From a virus (taxonomy: Duplodnaviria; Heunggongvirae; Uroviricota; Caudoviricetes): DNA of 13,862 nucleotides. The notes under the pieces are model-generated. The model ran no database searches. It had not been told where the DNA came from and saw only the letters and a list, made by a program, of their open reading frames with translations. A program made the translations under genes and the position numbers. Every line of letters starts with the position of its first letter. The first letter of the stretch is position 1. The DNA is taken from IMG/VR virus record IMGVR_UViG_3300046315_000035. The stretch is one strand, 5' to 3'. Below are positions 1 to 6,491 of this stretch, piece by piece.

Positions 1-349
1 GCGTTGACTTATATAAGCGTTGACTTATATAAGCGTTGACTTATATAAGCGTTGACTTATATAAGCGTTGACTTATATAAGCGTTGACTTATATAAGCGT
101 TGACTTATATAAGCGTTGACTTATATAAGCGTTGACTTATATAAGCGTTGACTTATATAAGCGTTGACTTATATAAGCGTTGACTTATATAAGCGTTGAC
201 TTATATAAGCGTTGACTTATATAAGCGTTGACTTATATAAGCGTTGACTTATATAAGCGTTGACTTATATAAGCGTTGACTTATATAAGCGTTGACTTAT
301 ATAAGCGTTGACTTATATAAGCGTTGACTTATATAAGCGTTGACTTATA
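1..349. repeat. Perfect tandem array of the 16-bp unit GCGTTGACTTATATAA (21 full copies plus a 13-nt partial copy); may extend beyond the window
   Basis: Read directly: period 16 from base 1 to 336, partial copy 337-349. The unit junction contains the palindrome CTTATATAAG. Confidence 0.97.
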
Positions 350-371
350 GCATAAAAACAACATCAAATAG

Positions 372-402
372 TTATCCACAGGTTTTGCACAGGTTATAAA
401 CA
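372..402 (+). promoter_or_regulatory. Three DnaA-box-like 9-mers at 11-bp spacing
   Basis: TTATCCACA (372-380) and TTTTGCACA (383-391) match the consensus TTWTNCACA. TTATAAACA (394-402) has one mismatch. Another one-mismatch copy, GTTTACACA, lies at 441-449. Confidence 0.6.
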
Positions 403-651
403 ATGAATACTTTTATTTGCAATAATATTGAGAAACAAAAGTTTACACAGGGTTTATCCCTATAAAAATAGTTGCGTTGTTGCAGAAAAACAACGGAAAT
501 ATCTATATAATTGATAGCAAGGGGGCAGTAATCGTACTAACCCGGTAAACTGAAAACAAAGGTTTACATGTTCGTTAAAAATTGAGAGTTTTCCATTATT
601 AGTGCAAATAAAAGTACTAATAACCCCAAAACTCACAAATGAAAGTATTAA

Positions 652-789
652 ATGAATATCAAATTACAATCAGAGAATGCATTAATTGAAGCAATTCAAA
701 AACGTTTAGATTTTTCATGCTTGGGTTTCTCAGATAATGGCAAGATTTCCCGATTTTGCCGCATTAGAAACGAATGGATTATTTATTAA
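652..789 (+). CDS. Small hypothetical protein (45 aa, MNIKLQSENALIEAIQKRLDF...)
   Basis: Translated by hand; ATG652 to TAA789, GAAAG upstream, co-oriented with the cluster. Below the ORF-track length cutoff. Confidence 0.55.
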   Translation: MNIKLQSENALIEAIQKRLDFSCLGFSDNGKISRFCRIRNEWIIY

Positions 790-804
790 ACTGGAGTTTA
801 TATT

Positions 805-966
805 ATGACAAAATCAAATCTTTTAAATGTTTTCACGATTATCTTTTTATTTGTTGTAGCATTATCTTGTATTTTCTCAGCCTTGATTTTTAATATCTGG
901 CCATTATGTTTTTTGAGTATATTGTGCTCATTATGTGCATTTGTTTTAATGTTCAACGGTGAATAA
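805..966 (+). CDS. Small membrane protein (53 aa, two predicted TM segments)
   Basis: GGAG RBS at 793-796. The translation MTKSNLLNVFTIIFLFVVALSCIFSALIFNIWPLCFLSILCSLCAFVLMFNGE is almost entirely hydrophobic. Confidence 0.7.
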   Translation: MTKSNLLNVFTIIFLFVVALSCIFSALIFNIWPLCFLSILCSLCAFVLMFNGE

Positions 967-972
967 TGTTAT

Positions 973-1022
973 CTGATAATATATTGGTTTAAACAGTATA
1001 TTATCGGGCTAATATTGGCCGA
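973..1022 (+). repeat. Intergenic double-hairpin element, copy E1
   Basis: CTGATAATATA...TATATTATCGG stem, overlapping a second near-palindrome TCGG-gct-AATATT-gg-CCGA. Related copies at 1311-1363 and 1846-1897. Confidence 0.75.
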
Positions 1023-1041
1023 TTTTGATAATGAGATTATC

Positions 1042-1305
1042 ATGCAAAAACTTTATACAAAAACTGTATTCATTAAATCCACTGACCAATATAATGAATT
1101 TGCGAAACTTAAAATCGGACAATGGGTTAGTGGATTATTCCTTGATAACAAATCGGTATTATATAGGGGTCAATTTATGGGTTTCGACAATAATGATAAA
1201 CCGATTATTAATTTCCGAATTGATAATGCAAAGCATAATCTAGATTGGAAAAACCAATTTATATCTAATAAATATCTTCGACAGTTTGCTAAAGTGAAAG
1301 CCTGA
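1042..1305 (+). CDS. Hypothetical protein with GQWV motif (likely paralog of 1611-1832)
   Basis: ORF track gives 1015..1305, but the TTG at 1015 lies inside hairpin E1. ATG1042 has GAG upstream and is the more likely start. Confidence 0.75.
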   Translation: MQKLYTKTVFIKSTDQYNEFAKLKIGQWVSGLFLDNKSVLYRGQFMGFDNNDKPIINFRIDNAKHNLDWKNQFISNKYLRQFAKVKA

Positions 1306-1310
1306 TAATG

Positions 1311-1363
1311 TCAGATATAATACCTTAATAATATAGGGTATTATGTCGGATAATATTGTCCGA
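1311..1363 (+). repeat. Intergenic double-hairpin element, copy E2
   Basis: TCAGATATAATACC...GGTATTATGTCGGA stem, then TCGG-at-AATATT-gt-CCGA. Confidence 0.75.
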
Positions 1364-1365
1364 AA

Positions 1366-1596
1366 ATGAAAGTTAATATCATGAAATTGATTTCCACTAT
1401 TAATAAGTCAATCGGTTTTCAAGCTAAAGTTTATTATAATTCAGACTATAATGAATATGTCGTTAAATATTATGATGAAAACAAACGGATTATGTCAGAT
1501 AATACATGGTATTATACTGATGATAAAGAAGACGCAATTAACACGGCATATAAAGAAATAGAATACATGTCGAATAATAAAGTATTGGCAGATTAA
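1366..1596 (+). CDS. Hypothetical phage protein (76 aa; alternative start at 1381)
   Basis: ORF track. The pattern AKVYYNSDYNEYVVKYY...YYTDDKEDAINTA resembles small uncharacterised phage proteins (from memory, unverified). Confidence 0.8.
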   Translation: MKVNIMKLISTINKSIGFQAKVYYNSDYNEYVVKYYDENKRIMSDNTWYYTDDKEDAINTAYKEIEYMSNNKVLAD

Positions 1597-1610
1597 TCGG
1601 AGATAATCAA

Positions 1611-1832
1611 ATGAAATATATTCAAGCATTTAATATCTGGAATATACCAAATGAATTGATTAAGTATATTCAACCGGGACAATGGGTTTATGCGGGTGCA
1701 AAAGACAATAAAGGAATATATCAGGGGATTAAAAAATCAGGTATTATTGTAGTTGCTTGGCAAGGGAATATAAATAACCATAAAGATAAAAAGCAATATA
1801 TTAAAACATTAAGGGATTATGCAAAATCATAA
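1611..1832 (+). CDS. Hypothetical protein with GQWV motif
   Basis: ORF track; GGAG RBS at 1599-1602. Confidence 0.8.
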   Translation: MKYIQAFNIWNIPNELIKYIQPGQWVYAGAKDNKGIYQGIKKSGIIVVAWQGNINNHKDKKQYIKTLRDYAKS

Positions 1833-1845
1833 TTAATAGTATTTT

Positions 1846-1897
1846 CTGATAATATCTTAGATTATATCTAGGGTATTATCGGGTTAATATTAACCGA
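1846..1897 (+). repeat. Intergenic double-hairpin element, copy E3
   Basis: CTGATAATATCTTAGAT-tat-ATCTAGGGTATTATCGG forms a 17-bp stem that is fully paired if G-U is allowed, followed by the perfect palindrome GGTTAATATTAACC. Confidence 0.8.
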
Positions 1898-1920
1898 TAA
1901 TCAAACCAAGGATAATGATT

Positions 1921-2697
1921 ATGTCATGCTCAAAAACCAACGCACAATATACAGAAGATAACATTTTCACGGGTTTCAAGTCAGACAATTTATTATCTAT
2001 TTCAAGCGATGCAAAAACATCAAAAGGAGAGAAATTAGGGTTTCTAACTGGCATTCTATATCTGGCCCCATATAAAACAATATCCATTTATAATACGTGT
2101 GCAATGGCCGAAATAGCAGGTTGTGACGTGGCTTGCTTATATACGGCAGGCAGGGGTGTATATTCAAGCGTACAAAATGCACGCATTAATAAAACAAATT
2201 GGTTTTATCAGGATAGACAATCATTTATTAATCAATTGATTAAGAATATATATTCCCTTATTTATAAGGCTAATAAACTAGGATTAACCCCATTAATCCG
2301 ATTAAATGGTACAAGTGATATTAAATGGGAAAATATCGGTTTTGAATATGAGGGTAAATCGTATAATAACATTATGCAATTATTCCCCGATATTCAATTT
2401 TACGATTATACAAAGATTATTAATCGAGATAATATCCCGAGTAATTATGACCTTACATTTTCATATTCAGGTAAACCAGAGTTTATTAAATATGTTAATC
2501 AAGCCATTAATAAACAAATGAGAATCGCCGTAGTATTTAAAGACAAGAATAATCTGCCTAATGAATATATGGGGTTAACTGTAGTTAATGGCGATAATTC
2601 AGATATTCGACATATTGACCCACACGGGGTTATTGTCGCATTATACGCAAAGGGTAAAGCGAAGAAGGATAATACGGGTTTTGTTGTGCATAACTAA
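1921..2697 (+). CDS. GP88-like phage protein of unknown function with a CX7CX3C cysteine motif
   Basis: Motifs RLNGTSD..W, FYDYTK, YDLTFS and GD.SD.R..D..GVIVAL.AKG.AKKD.TGFVV resemble the phage GP88 family as recalled. The AAGGA RBS at 1908-1912 favours ATG1921 over ATG1915. Confidence 0.75.
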   Translation: MSCSKTNAQYTEDNIFTGFKSDNLLSISSDAKTSKGEKLGFLTGILYLAPYKTISIYNTCAMAEIAGCDVACLYTAGRGVYSSVQNARINKTNWFYQDRQSFINQLIKNIYSLIYKANKLGLTPLIRLNGTSDIKWENIGFEYEGKSYNNIMQLFPDIQFYDYTKIINRDNIPSNYDLTFSYSGKPEFIKYVNQAINKQMRIAVVFKDKNNLPNEYMGLTVVNGDNSDIRHIDPHGVIVALYAKGKAKKDNTGFVVHN

Positions 2698-2708
2698 TAA
2701 GGGATTAT

Positions 2709-2834
2709 ATGAATATAATTGAATATTGGTTTATTATCTTGGGTTTAATCTATTTATTTTGTTGGGTTATTATCGGCGGCATTGTATCGGTTGCAATAAT
2801 CAAGCATAAAATAAAGGAGTTTGCAGGGGTTTAA
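2709..2834 (+). CDS. Small single-pass membrane protein (41 aa)
   Basis: AAGGGA RBS; hand translation MNIIEYWFIILGLIYLFCWVIIGGIVSVAIIKHKIKEFAGV. Confidence 0.65.
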   Translation: MNIIEYWFIILGLIYLFCWVIIGGIVSVAIIKHKIKEFAGV

Positions 2835-2857
2835 ACAGGGGTTTAAGCGCATAGAAT

Positions 2858-2894
2858 AGCCGGGTTATATCGTAGGATGTAATCCGGCTTTTTT
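2858..2894 (+). terminator. Intrinsic terminator closing the left-arm gene cluster
   Basis: AGCCGGGTTATATC-gtag-GATGTAATCCGGCT 14-bp stem (two G-U pairs) ending in a run of six T. Confidence 0.85.
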
Positions 2895-3471
2895 ACGTTA
2901 TAGCGCCTATAAATCATTATAGGTTTATTTAATTAAGTGCTTAAACCGATAGCCAGTGACATGGGCCAGGTTTTACTAATGACCAATGAGTCAGTAAAAA
3001 CAGCGATAAAATGAGTACTGTATAAAAACACAGTAATACCATGCAAAAAAATTCGCCTAAGCCACGTTATACATTATTGATTATTCAAATATTAATTAAT
3101 ACCGAATACCAATACCATAATACAATTATATGATGCTAACGCATGATATAACGAAAAGGAATAACAGATATTTTAAAATCATAGTATTATCATACTTTAC
3201 CTAATGCCGACCTATCAAGCACCCAAGACTTACAGCAAATAATAATCCGCATATCTATCCCGTAGCTTTTACCCTAAACAATCACCTAACAATTGCTTCC
3301 AATACTGTTATCAGCACTTTACACCCTCAACAAGCTACTTAAAACCGCTGTGGATAGCCTCAATCTGCACTCTACATAGCATCTATGCAGTTAAACCTTA
3401 TAATGCCTTCTAGAGCGTTTAAAGCCTTGTACGTGCTCGAAGAGTTCGAACACTTGCTATGATATTTACCC

Positions 3472-3507
3472 AAAGAAAAAACCCCAAGGCTGTTAAACCA
3501 AGGGGTT
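3472..3507 (-). terminator. Intrinsic terminator of the phoH/clpP-like operon
   Basis: On the - strand: AACCCCTTGG-tttaacag-CCTTGGGGTT (2-nt internal mismatch) followed by a T-rich tract, just downstream of the clpP-like stop. Confidence 0.75.
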
Positions 3508-3525
3508 GTAAATTTTAATTTTTAT

Positions 3526-4206
3526 TTATTTAGAATTATCTTCTTTAAGCAGTTGCTTAAGATTCTTAGCTTCAGCTTTTGCTCGTTTCTCTTGCATTTG
3601 ACTTCTGATCTCTAATCTGCGAACAATCTCTTCAGCGTCAAACCACATCTCTTTACCCATGATAACTTCTTCAAGTTCTTTATCGGTTAAGAAATCACGA
3701 TAGACACTGTGCATCAATACTCTAACTTGCTTATCTACGAATGAAGCATGAGAGATAACATCTGACTGCTTACCGAAAGCTCCAAACGTAGCAGAGTGAA
3801 CCATCATTGTAGCGTAAGGCGATACACTGATACTTGGTGCAGCTAGTGCAATAAGCGAAGCCGCTGATGCAGCTACACCGTCAATCTCAGCATGTACATC
3901 AGCATCTGTATTGTCAATAGCGTTAATAATTGCAATTGCACCATCAAGTTGACCACCGTAGCTATTAATCTTCATGAGCACAACATCGCCTTCACCTAAA
4001 GATTCAATACCTTGTAGGACTGTGCGATAATATTTAGCTTCTCTGATATTTTCATCCAAAGGAATCTTGATGCAGCGATTAGTCTTTGTGCTTTCAAAAT
4101 AAGGTAAATACTGCGGGTTACTTCTGATATTTACTTCACCCTCTTCATCATCGTCATCATTACGGGCTACTCTTGTAAAATTTTTATATTTACTTGTGTT
4201 TGGCAT
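3526..4206 (-). CDS. clpP: ClpP-like serine protease (peptidase S14 family)
   Basis: INSYGG, GVAASAAS (catalytic Ser) and MMVH (catalytic His) motifs, plus EMWFDAEE. AAGGAG RBS; 17-nt overlap with phoH. Confidence 0.85.
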   Translation of the reverse strand: MPNTSKYKNFTRVARNDDDDEEGEVNIRSNPQYLPYFESTKTNRCIKIPLDENIREAKYYRTVLQGIESLGEGDVVLMKINSYGGQLDGAIAIINAIDNTDADVHAEIDGVAASAASLIALAAPSISVSPYATMMVHSATFGAFGKQSDVISHASFVDKQVRVLMHSVYRDFLTDKELEEVIMGKEMWFDAEEIVRRLEIRSQMQEKRAKAEAKNLKQLLKEDNSK

Positions 4207-4969
4207 TGGCTACTCCTTTAGTATTAAATTGATCAACTACACTAGACTTAGTAAATTCAGCTTCAATCTCGTCTTCAAAAGCAATTACGAACTCTTTAGT
4301 CAAACCACTACGAACTACGTGCTCTCTACTGAAGGTAGTAAAGCTGCAATCATTGATGTTGTACTTCTGGCAAATCTTCTCTAAGTACGTCAGTCCATCC
4401 ATGCCTTTTTTAACATCAGTTTGTGGACCTGTGTTATCACCGCAAAAGATAATCTGAGAGTCGTTACCTACACGAGTAGTCAGTGCTTGAATCTCAGGTA
4501 CATACAAGTTTTGACTTTCATCTACAATAATGATACTGTCATTCCAGCTTCTACCTCGGATAGTCTCCAAGCTACAAATCTCAATTGTCTTATTCTTTAG
4601 GTGAATCTCTGTAGTTGCCTTACCTAAGTAATCCTCAAAGTAGTCAATCATTTGCTGATAAAAAGGAAGTAACTTCTCTTCTGCAGTACCGGGAAGAAAA
4701 CCAATGCTTCTACCAGCTAACGGTTGATATGCACGAATCAATACAACTTTCTTGATGTCACCATAATGCAATTTCTTAGCTGCATGATGAATTGCAAGCA
4801 ACGTCTTACCTGTACCTGCAGAACCACGAGCTACCACTAAAGTATTATACTTCAAAGCTTCCAGTAATTCCTGCTGTTTATCATTCATTGCATGTAAAAC
4901 AGGAAATTGACTACGTTGGAACTTCTCTTTTTGGATTCGCTGAGATTGCACTTTTTGATTTCTTTTCAT
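4190..4969 (-). CDS. phoH: PhoH-like ATPase
   Basis: Walker A GSAGTGKT, IGFLPG..EEKL.P, RGRSW..SIIIVDESQN and GD..QTD motifs. The AAAGGA RBS overlaps ATG4975, so ATG4969 is preferred. Confidence 0.92.
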   Translation of the reverse strand: MKRNQKVQSQRIQKEKFQRSQFPVLHAMNDKQQELLEALKYNTLVVARGSAGTGKTLLAIHHAAKKLHYGDIKKVVLIRAYQPLAGRSIGFLPGTAEEKLLPFYQQMIDYFEDYLGKATTEIHLKNKTIEICSLETIRGRSWNDSIIIVDESQNLYVPEIQALTTRVGNDSQIIFCGDNTGPQTDVKKGMDGLTYLEKICQKYNINDCSFTTFSREHVVRSGLTKEFVIAFEDEIEAEFTKSSVVDQFNTKGVANAKHK

Positions 4970-4998
4970 TACCATCCTTTACTGCTTAGGATAAATTA

Positions 4999-5033
4999 AT
5001 ATAATACCTTAATTATTATCTCAAGGTATTATG
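4999..5033. repeat. Fourth, partial copy of the intergenic hairpin (E4), upstream of phoH
   Basis: ATAATACCTT...AAGGTATTAT 10-bp inverted repeat. 4999-5013 is identical to 1315-1329, and 5025-5033 is identical to 1337-1345. Confidence 0.65.
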
Positions 5034-5048
5034 CTTTATAATATTACA

Positions 5049-5303
5049 TTATTGTTTTGGTTTACGACCACGTTTAACTTCAGTATTATCTTGCGCTTCA
5101 GTATCTGAACTATCTTGCACAATAACTTGAGTATCTTCAGTTTGCTCTTCAGCTTTAACCATACCTGCAACTAGCATTGAACCAAACATAGTTGGAAACA
5201 ATTCGTTGCTGTCAAAGTCAAATCTCCAGCCTTCAGTTACAGCTTGTTCTACGGTCTGACAGAACTCATATAAGCTATAAGTTTCAATTTTCTTAATTTG
5301 CAT
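5049..5303 (-). CDS. Hypothetical protein (84 aa) with an acidic linker and a basic KRGRKPK tail
   Basis: ORF track; AAAGGAA RBS upstream; first gene after the - strand promoter. Confidence 0.8.
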   Translation of the reverse strand: MQIKKIETYSLYEFCQTVEQAVTEGWRFDFDSNELFPTMFGSMLVAGMVKAEEQTEDTQVIVQDSSDTEAQDNTEVKRGRKPKQ

Positions 5304-5348
5304 AATATTCCTTTGTTAATTTAGGTTTAAACGATTGCGACATGTCAA

Positions 5349-5377
5349 ATTATAGCACAATCTAAAGTTGAAGTCAA
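5349..5377 (-). promoter_or_regulatory. Sigma70-type promoter with extended -10 for the - strand operon
   Basis: On the - strand: TTGACT-N17-TATAAT with TG one base upstream of the -10. Confidence 0.85.
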
Positions 5378-5399
5378 CTAAAATATTTTGTAAAAGTAC

Positions 5400-5428
5400 T
5401 TGACAAACGATAAAACGTGTGATACCCT
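5400..5428 (+). promoter_or_regulatory. Divergent sigma70-type promoter
   Basis: TTGACA-N17-TACCCT with an extended-10 TG; the -10 is weak. Confidence 0.55.
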
Positions 5429-5442
5429 AAGAAATACATAAG

Positions 5443-5677
5443 ATATAACATAGGTAATAACATTGGTTATTACAGCAGGTATACATAGGTTACAACATAC
5501 ATTAACCTTATATTTGTACTTATATAAGTATATCTAATAGTAACATCAGATGTTAACATTAAATGTACTTATAGTTTAATTGATTTATTAATAAGATATA
5601 TATAAACTAAAGATTAATATAGGTTATAACATAGGATAAACTTCAGTTGATACTTTAAGTTATAACCTATGTTATAT
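5443..5677. repeat. AT-rich region of nested direct and inverted repeats (ATAACATAGGT-type motif) and palindromes
   Basis: ATATAACATAGGT 5443-5455 is inverted at 5665-5677. ATAGGTTATAAC 5619-5630 is inverted at 5659-5670. Palindrome TACTTATATAAGTA at 5517-5530. Confidence 0.65.
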
Positions 5678-5964
5678 TCTATAATAGTCGTAGTGCTATT
5701 TTATTTTAAATTATCAATTCCTTATTTTTAGTTATTTCGTATAGACGCTCAAGGCGCTCTGCCTGTCCTACGGACGGTTAGCTGCACTAGTCACTGAAGC
5801 TGCTCAGTCAAAACCTTCAGCAAACCCCCTAGAAGCCTCTACAAGCTCTCAACTTCAGTTAGTCTAGGGCTTGGTAGCCTGAAGGTACGAAACGAGCGTA
5901 TAGAGCTTTTAAACAAATTGATAATTGTGCAAGAAGATTAGATGTCAACTTTAAGAAGGTAAGC

Positions 5965-6447
5965 ATGAAAATAAAAGAATTAATTGATTATGATTTGCTT
6001 GAAGGTAGTTTCTTTATTTTAAAGAATAACACTAGATACCGAAAGATATTTCCAAATGAAGAAGGTTATTTAGTATTTTATAAACAAAGTAAAAGAATAA
6101 AACTTAAAGCTAATAAAGTAGCAATTGAATTGGTGCAAAACATAATTGTGCAAAAAGATAAAGTAGTATTGCACAAAAACTTAAATGAAACAGATTATAG
6201 ATATTGCAATTTAAAATTAATATCCAAGAAAATATATAATACTATAAAAGAAGCTTATAGAAACTTGAATGGATATTTAAAACTGCAGCCTCATCCTAAA
6301 GATATGTTTTCATATGTACTTATCTGGAAAGAGAACGGCAAAGACAAAATATTAGTTGTGCAAGATGTAGTCGTTGCGAAACGAATGCTGAACAAGTTGC
6401 AGTTGAAGTACGCTAAAATCTTAAATAGGCACTGTATATTTGACTGA
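5965..6447 (+). CDS. Degenerate HNH (HNH_3-like) endonuclease-derived protein
   Basis: YD...G.F, GY, KANKVA and VLHKNLNETDYRYCNL align by eye to the HNH_3 pattern (AHRLA; IDHINGDRxDNRxxNL), with the DNR Asn replaced by Tyr. Confidence 0.55.
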   Translation: MKIKELIDYDLLEGSFFILKNNTRYRKIFPNEEGYLVFYKQSKRIKLKANKVAIELVQNIIVQKDKVVLHKNLNETDYRYCNLKLISKKIYNTIKEAYRNLNGYLKLQPHPKDMFSYVLIWKENGKDKILVVQDVVVAKRMLNKLQLKYAKILNRHCIFD

Positions 6448-6462
6448 TCCTTGATATTACGC

Positions 6463-6491
6463 TTGAAATTACCAATTTTATATGATATAAT
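6463..6491 (+). promoter_or_regulatory. Sigma70-type promoter with extended -10
   Basis: TTGAAA-N17-TATAAT with TGn. Confidence 0.8.

Noticed and set aside
1-349. CRISPR array
   Set aside because: The units are head-to-tail with no spacers, only 16 bp long, and no cas genes are present.
480-511. Early sigma70 promoter TTGCAG...TATAAT
   Set aside because: The spacer is 20 nt to TATAAT (18 nt to TATATA). A promoter here is plausible but cannot be placed confidently.
973-1897. Integron attC or dif/loxP-type recombination sites
   Set aside because: There are no RYYYAAC/GTTRRRY ends, arm spacing varies between copies, and no integrase is in the window. Retained only as an unexplained hairpin family.
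1025-2521. ORF-track entries 1025..1243+, 1890..2087-, 1997..2182- and 2306..2521+
   Set aside because: These are shadow frames overlapping better-supported genes, with no RBS or protein-like motifs.
3349-3357. Isolated DnaA-box-like site (CTATCCACA on the - strand)
   Set aside because: It is a single one-mismatch copy and is expected by chance.
4196-4989. ORF-track entries 4196..4384+ and 4792..4989+
   Set aside because: They are antisense to phoH.
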